DNA of 27,768 nucleotides from an uncultured bacterium (GTDB lineage Bacteria; Gemmatimonadota; Gemmatimonadetes; Gemmatimonadales; Gemmatimonadaceae): NCBI GenBank assembly GCA_963978095.1, contig CAXBQP010000041.1, positions 1 to 27,768 of the forward strand, read 5' to 3'. Shown piece by piece: positions 25,679 to 27,768 of this stretch (position 1 is its first letter; each line of letters starts with the position of its first letter). The notes under the pieces were generated by a model. It saw only the letters and a program-made list of their open reading frames with translations, ran no database searches and was not told where the DNA came from. The position numbers and the translations under genes were made by a program.

Positions 25679-26839
25679 ATGACCGACATGTCGCTCCCGG
25701 CCCCACTCAGCATCCTCTCCGACGACGAATCCGCCTTCCGTGAGGCGGTCGCCGCCTTCGCCGAAGGCGAGGTGCGTCCACGCGTCGCCGCCATGGAGGC
25801 GGCCGCGAGGCTCGACCCCGACCTGATTCCCAAGTACTTCGAGATGGGACTCATGGGGATCCAGGTCCCGGAGGAGTTCGGCGGCGCGGCAGGCTCACTG
25901 ATGATGACGACGATCGCGGTCGAGGAGATCAGCAAGGTGGACGCCGCCGCCGCGATCATGGTGGATGTCCAGAACACGCTCGTGCTCTACCCGATGCTGC
26001 GTTACTCGACGGCGGCCCAGAAGGCACGCTTCCTCCCACGACTCTGCCGCGACACGGTCGGGGCGTACGCGTTGAGCGAAGCGGGCTCCGGCTCCGACGC
26101 ATTCGGACTCGCCACGCGCGCCGAAAAGGTCGCGGGCGGCTGGGCGCTCACCGGTCGCAAGCTGTGGATCACCAACGGCGCCGAAGCCGGGCTGTTCGTG
26201 GTGTTCGCCAACGCGGACCCCTCCAAGGGCTACAAGGGGATCACGGCCTTCGTCGTCGAGCGCACGATGCCGGGCTTTTCGGTCGGAAAGAAGGAGGACA
26301 AACTGGGCATCCGCGCGTCCAGCACCTGCGAGTTGATCCTCGACAGTGTGTTCGTGCCGGACGAGAACGTATTGGGTTCCGTCGGGTCCGGTTACAAGAT
26401 CGCGATCGAGACCCTGAATGAGGGGCGCATCGGGATCGGTGCCCAGATGATCGGCAACGCACAGGGCGCACTGTCCGCCGCCGTCGCGTACGTCAAGGAA
26501 CGGCGACAGTTCGGTAAGGCGCTGGCCGAGTTCCAGGGCATCCAGTTCCAGATGGCGCAGGTGGCCACCGAGCTCGAGGCGGCGCGCTTGATGGTGTATA
26601 ACGCGACGCGACTGAAGGACGCCGGCCACGATATCGCCCGCGAAGGGGCGATGGCCAAGCTCTATGCGTCGCAGGTCTGCGAGCGGGTGACCTCGCTCGC
26701 GGTCGAACTGTTCGGCGGCGCCGGATACACCAAGGACTACCCGGTCGAGAAGTACTATCGCGACGCCAAGATCGGCGCGATCTACGAGGGGACGTCCAAC
26801 ATGCAGCTGCACACCATCGCCAAGGCGCTCCTCAAGTAA
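25679..26839 (+). CDS. Acyl-CoA dehydrogenase (short/branched-chain type)
   Basis: YALSEAGSGSD, GRKLWITNG, KLGIRASSTCEL, LNEGRIGIG, RRQFGK and IYEGTSNMQ. Start ATG 25679 (alt 25688), not 25250. Confidence 0.93.
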   Translation: MTDMSLPAPLSILSDDESAFREAVAAFAEGEVRPRVAAMEAAARLDPDLIPKYFEMGLMGIQVPEEFGGAAGSLMMTTIAVEEISKVDAAAAIMVDVQNTLVLYPMLRYSTAAQKARFLPRLCRDTVGAYALSEAGSGSDAFGLATRAEKVAGGWALTGRKLWITNGAEAGLFVVFANADPSKGYKGITAFVVERTMPGFSVGKKEDKLGIRASSTCELILDSVFVPDENVLGSVGSGYKIAIETLNEGRIGIGAQMIGNAQGALSAAVAYVKERRQFGKALAEFQGIQFQMAQVATELEAARLMVYNATRLKDAGHDIAREGAMAKLYASQVCERVTSLAVELFGGAGYTKDYPVEKYYRDAKIGAIYEGTSNMQLHTIAKALLK

Positions 26840-26901
26840 CGCGGCGCGGGGCTCGCCCGAGCCGAAGCGGGCGTGTGCTCGGACGCATCGGCTCTTAAGC
26901 G

Positions 26902-26938
26902 ACAGTGGGCGGCCAGAGCGGCCGCCCACTGTTTTCGT
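26902..26938 (+). terminator. Rho-independent terminator
   Basis: Perfect 13-bp stem ACAGTGGGCGGCC/GGCCGCCCACTGT, 5-nt loop, followed by TTTCGT; between convergent genes. Confidence 0.8.
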
Positions 26939-26949
26939 GTGATACCCGC

Positions 26950-27768
26950 TTACGGGACGATGCGGGCCGCCGGTGGCGGTCCGGTTATCGCGTTGAACAA
27001 CATCTTGAATGTCGCGGCCGGTTGTGCGCGGAAGGTGATCTCCGGGCCGAACATGTAGATGGTGCCTTGGCCGTAGGTGCCCTCGGCCATCGCCACGCCC
27101 TGGTCGAGATAGTTCTGGCCCCACGCCCAACCACTCTTGAGCGGGCTCGGCGAGTCGAACCACGCGACCGGCTTCAGCCCCTTGGCCGCAGCGTCAGGTC
27201 CGAGACGGAACACGGGGCTGTTGTCGTAGAACACCGGGCCGTGGGCATCCTGGCCGCGCGCCGACGCCATCGTGGTATCGTATGCCACCTCGAGGATCGA
27301 GCCCGGCACGTAGAACTTGTCGTTCGGGAGCGGCGTTCCGGCGGTGCCGGTCGGCGTGCGCTCCACCAGATGACTCGTGATCGGGAATCCGAACTGCTGG
27401 CCGATGTTGATCGACGACGGTCCGATGGCAACGATGCGGCCACCGGCCTGCACGAACTCCTTGAGCTTCGGGATCGTGTTGGCGCTCACGTTGCCCTGCA
27501 TGGCCGCAAACTCGGCCGGCAGTTCCGCTGCGGCTCCACCGCGTCCGCCGCCGCCCCCACCGCCGCCGCCGCCCCCACGTCCACCACGTCCCGCCGCACC
27601 GGCGGCGGCGGGGATGGCGTTCTCGGGGAAGATGATGACATCGAATTTGGCGCGGAGACCGCCCGCGTCGAGTTCCTGCGGATAGACGACCTTGTACGGG
27701 ATCTCATACTGCTCGAGCAACCAGCGGATATGACCGCTCGGCATCGACCCGCCGTAGCGGTCCCACAG
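26950..27768 (-). CDS. 3' part of a large M14-type zinc carboxypeptidase-like protein (C-terminal class I GATase-like domain); starts beyond the window
   Basis: Frame is open to the window edge: LWDRYGGSMPSGHIRWLLEQYEIPY...FDVIIFP...LKSGWAWGQNYL...FGPEITFRAQP...FKMLFNA, the typical C-terminus of these peptidases. The catalytic domain is not visible. Confidence 0.72.
   Translation of the reverse strand: MWDRYGGSMPSGHIRWLLEQYEIPYKVVYPQELDAGGLRAKFDVIIFPENAIPAAAGAAGRGGRGGGGGGGGGGGRGGAAAELPAEFAAMQGNVSANTIPKLKEFVQAGGRIVAIGPSSINIGQQFGFPITSHLVERTPTGTAGTPLPNDKFYVPGSILEVAYDTTMASARGQDAHGPVFYDNSPVFRLGPDAAAKGLKPVAWFDSPSPLKSGWAWGQNYLDQGVAMAEGTYGQGTIYMFGPEITFRAQPAATFKMLFNAITGPPPAARIVP

Noticed and set aside
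1..27768. CRISPR arrays, tRNA/rRNA, IS elements, integrases
   Set aside because: No regularly spaced repeats, cloverleaf motifs, or transposase/integrase ORFs were found by eye.

Overview
GC-rich bacterial chromosomal window, most likely Gemmatimonadota (inferred from gene style, Gly-rich linkers, many exported peptidases/amidohydrolases and weak Shine-Dalgarno use). It holds about 24 CDSs and no rRNA, tRNA, CRISPR or recognisable mobile element. Left to right: (1) a partial PD40/TolB-repeat protein, divergent from a run of group II PLP decarboxylase, a large secreted glycoside-hydrolase-like protein, an M28 peptidase, a GNAT and an SGNH hydrolase; (2) a tightly coupled 8-gene minus-strand unit led by an ECF sigma factor, a CBM48-type anti-sigma, a secreted helical protein and a beta-barrel-CBM48 protein, followed by a Tat-exported class V PLP enzyme, an EVE protein, a PDZ-M48 protease and an amidohydrolase; (3) ALDH-yggT-yggU; (4) a small accessory cassette of CPBP/Abi intramembrane protease, a lipoprotein with a hydrophobic two-Cys C-terminal tail and a 69-aa membrane protein, a candidate toxin/peptide-processing-immunity module; (5) metF-metH behind a near-consensus sigma70 promoter overlapped by a 20-bp palindromic operator and followed by a SAM-II riboswitch, with a degenerate copy of the riboswitch 5' half just upstream; (6) a REC-EAL protein with a mutated EGVE motif, an acyl-CoA dehydrogenase, a terminator and the 3' end of an M14 peptidase. 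The best novelty candidates are the CPBP-lipoprotein-small membrane protein cassette and the ECF/double-CBM48 envelope-spanning sensing module. All family calls come from motif recognition by eye, not database searches.
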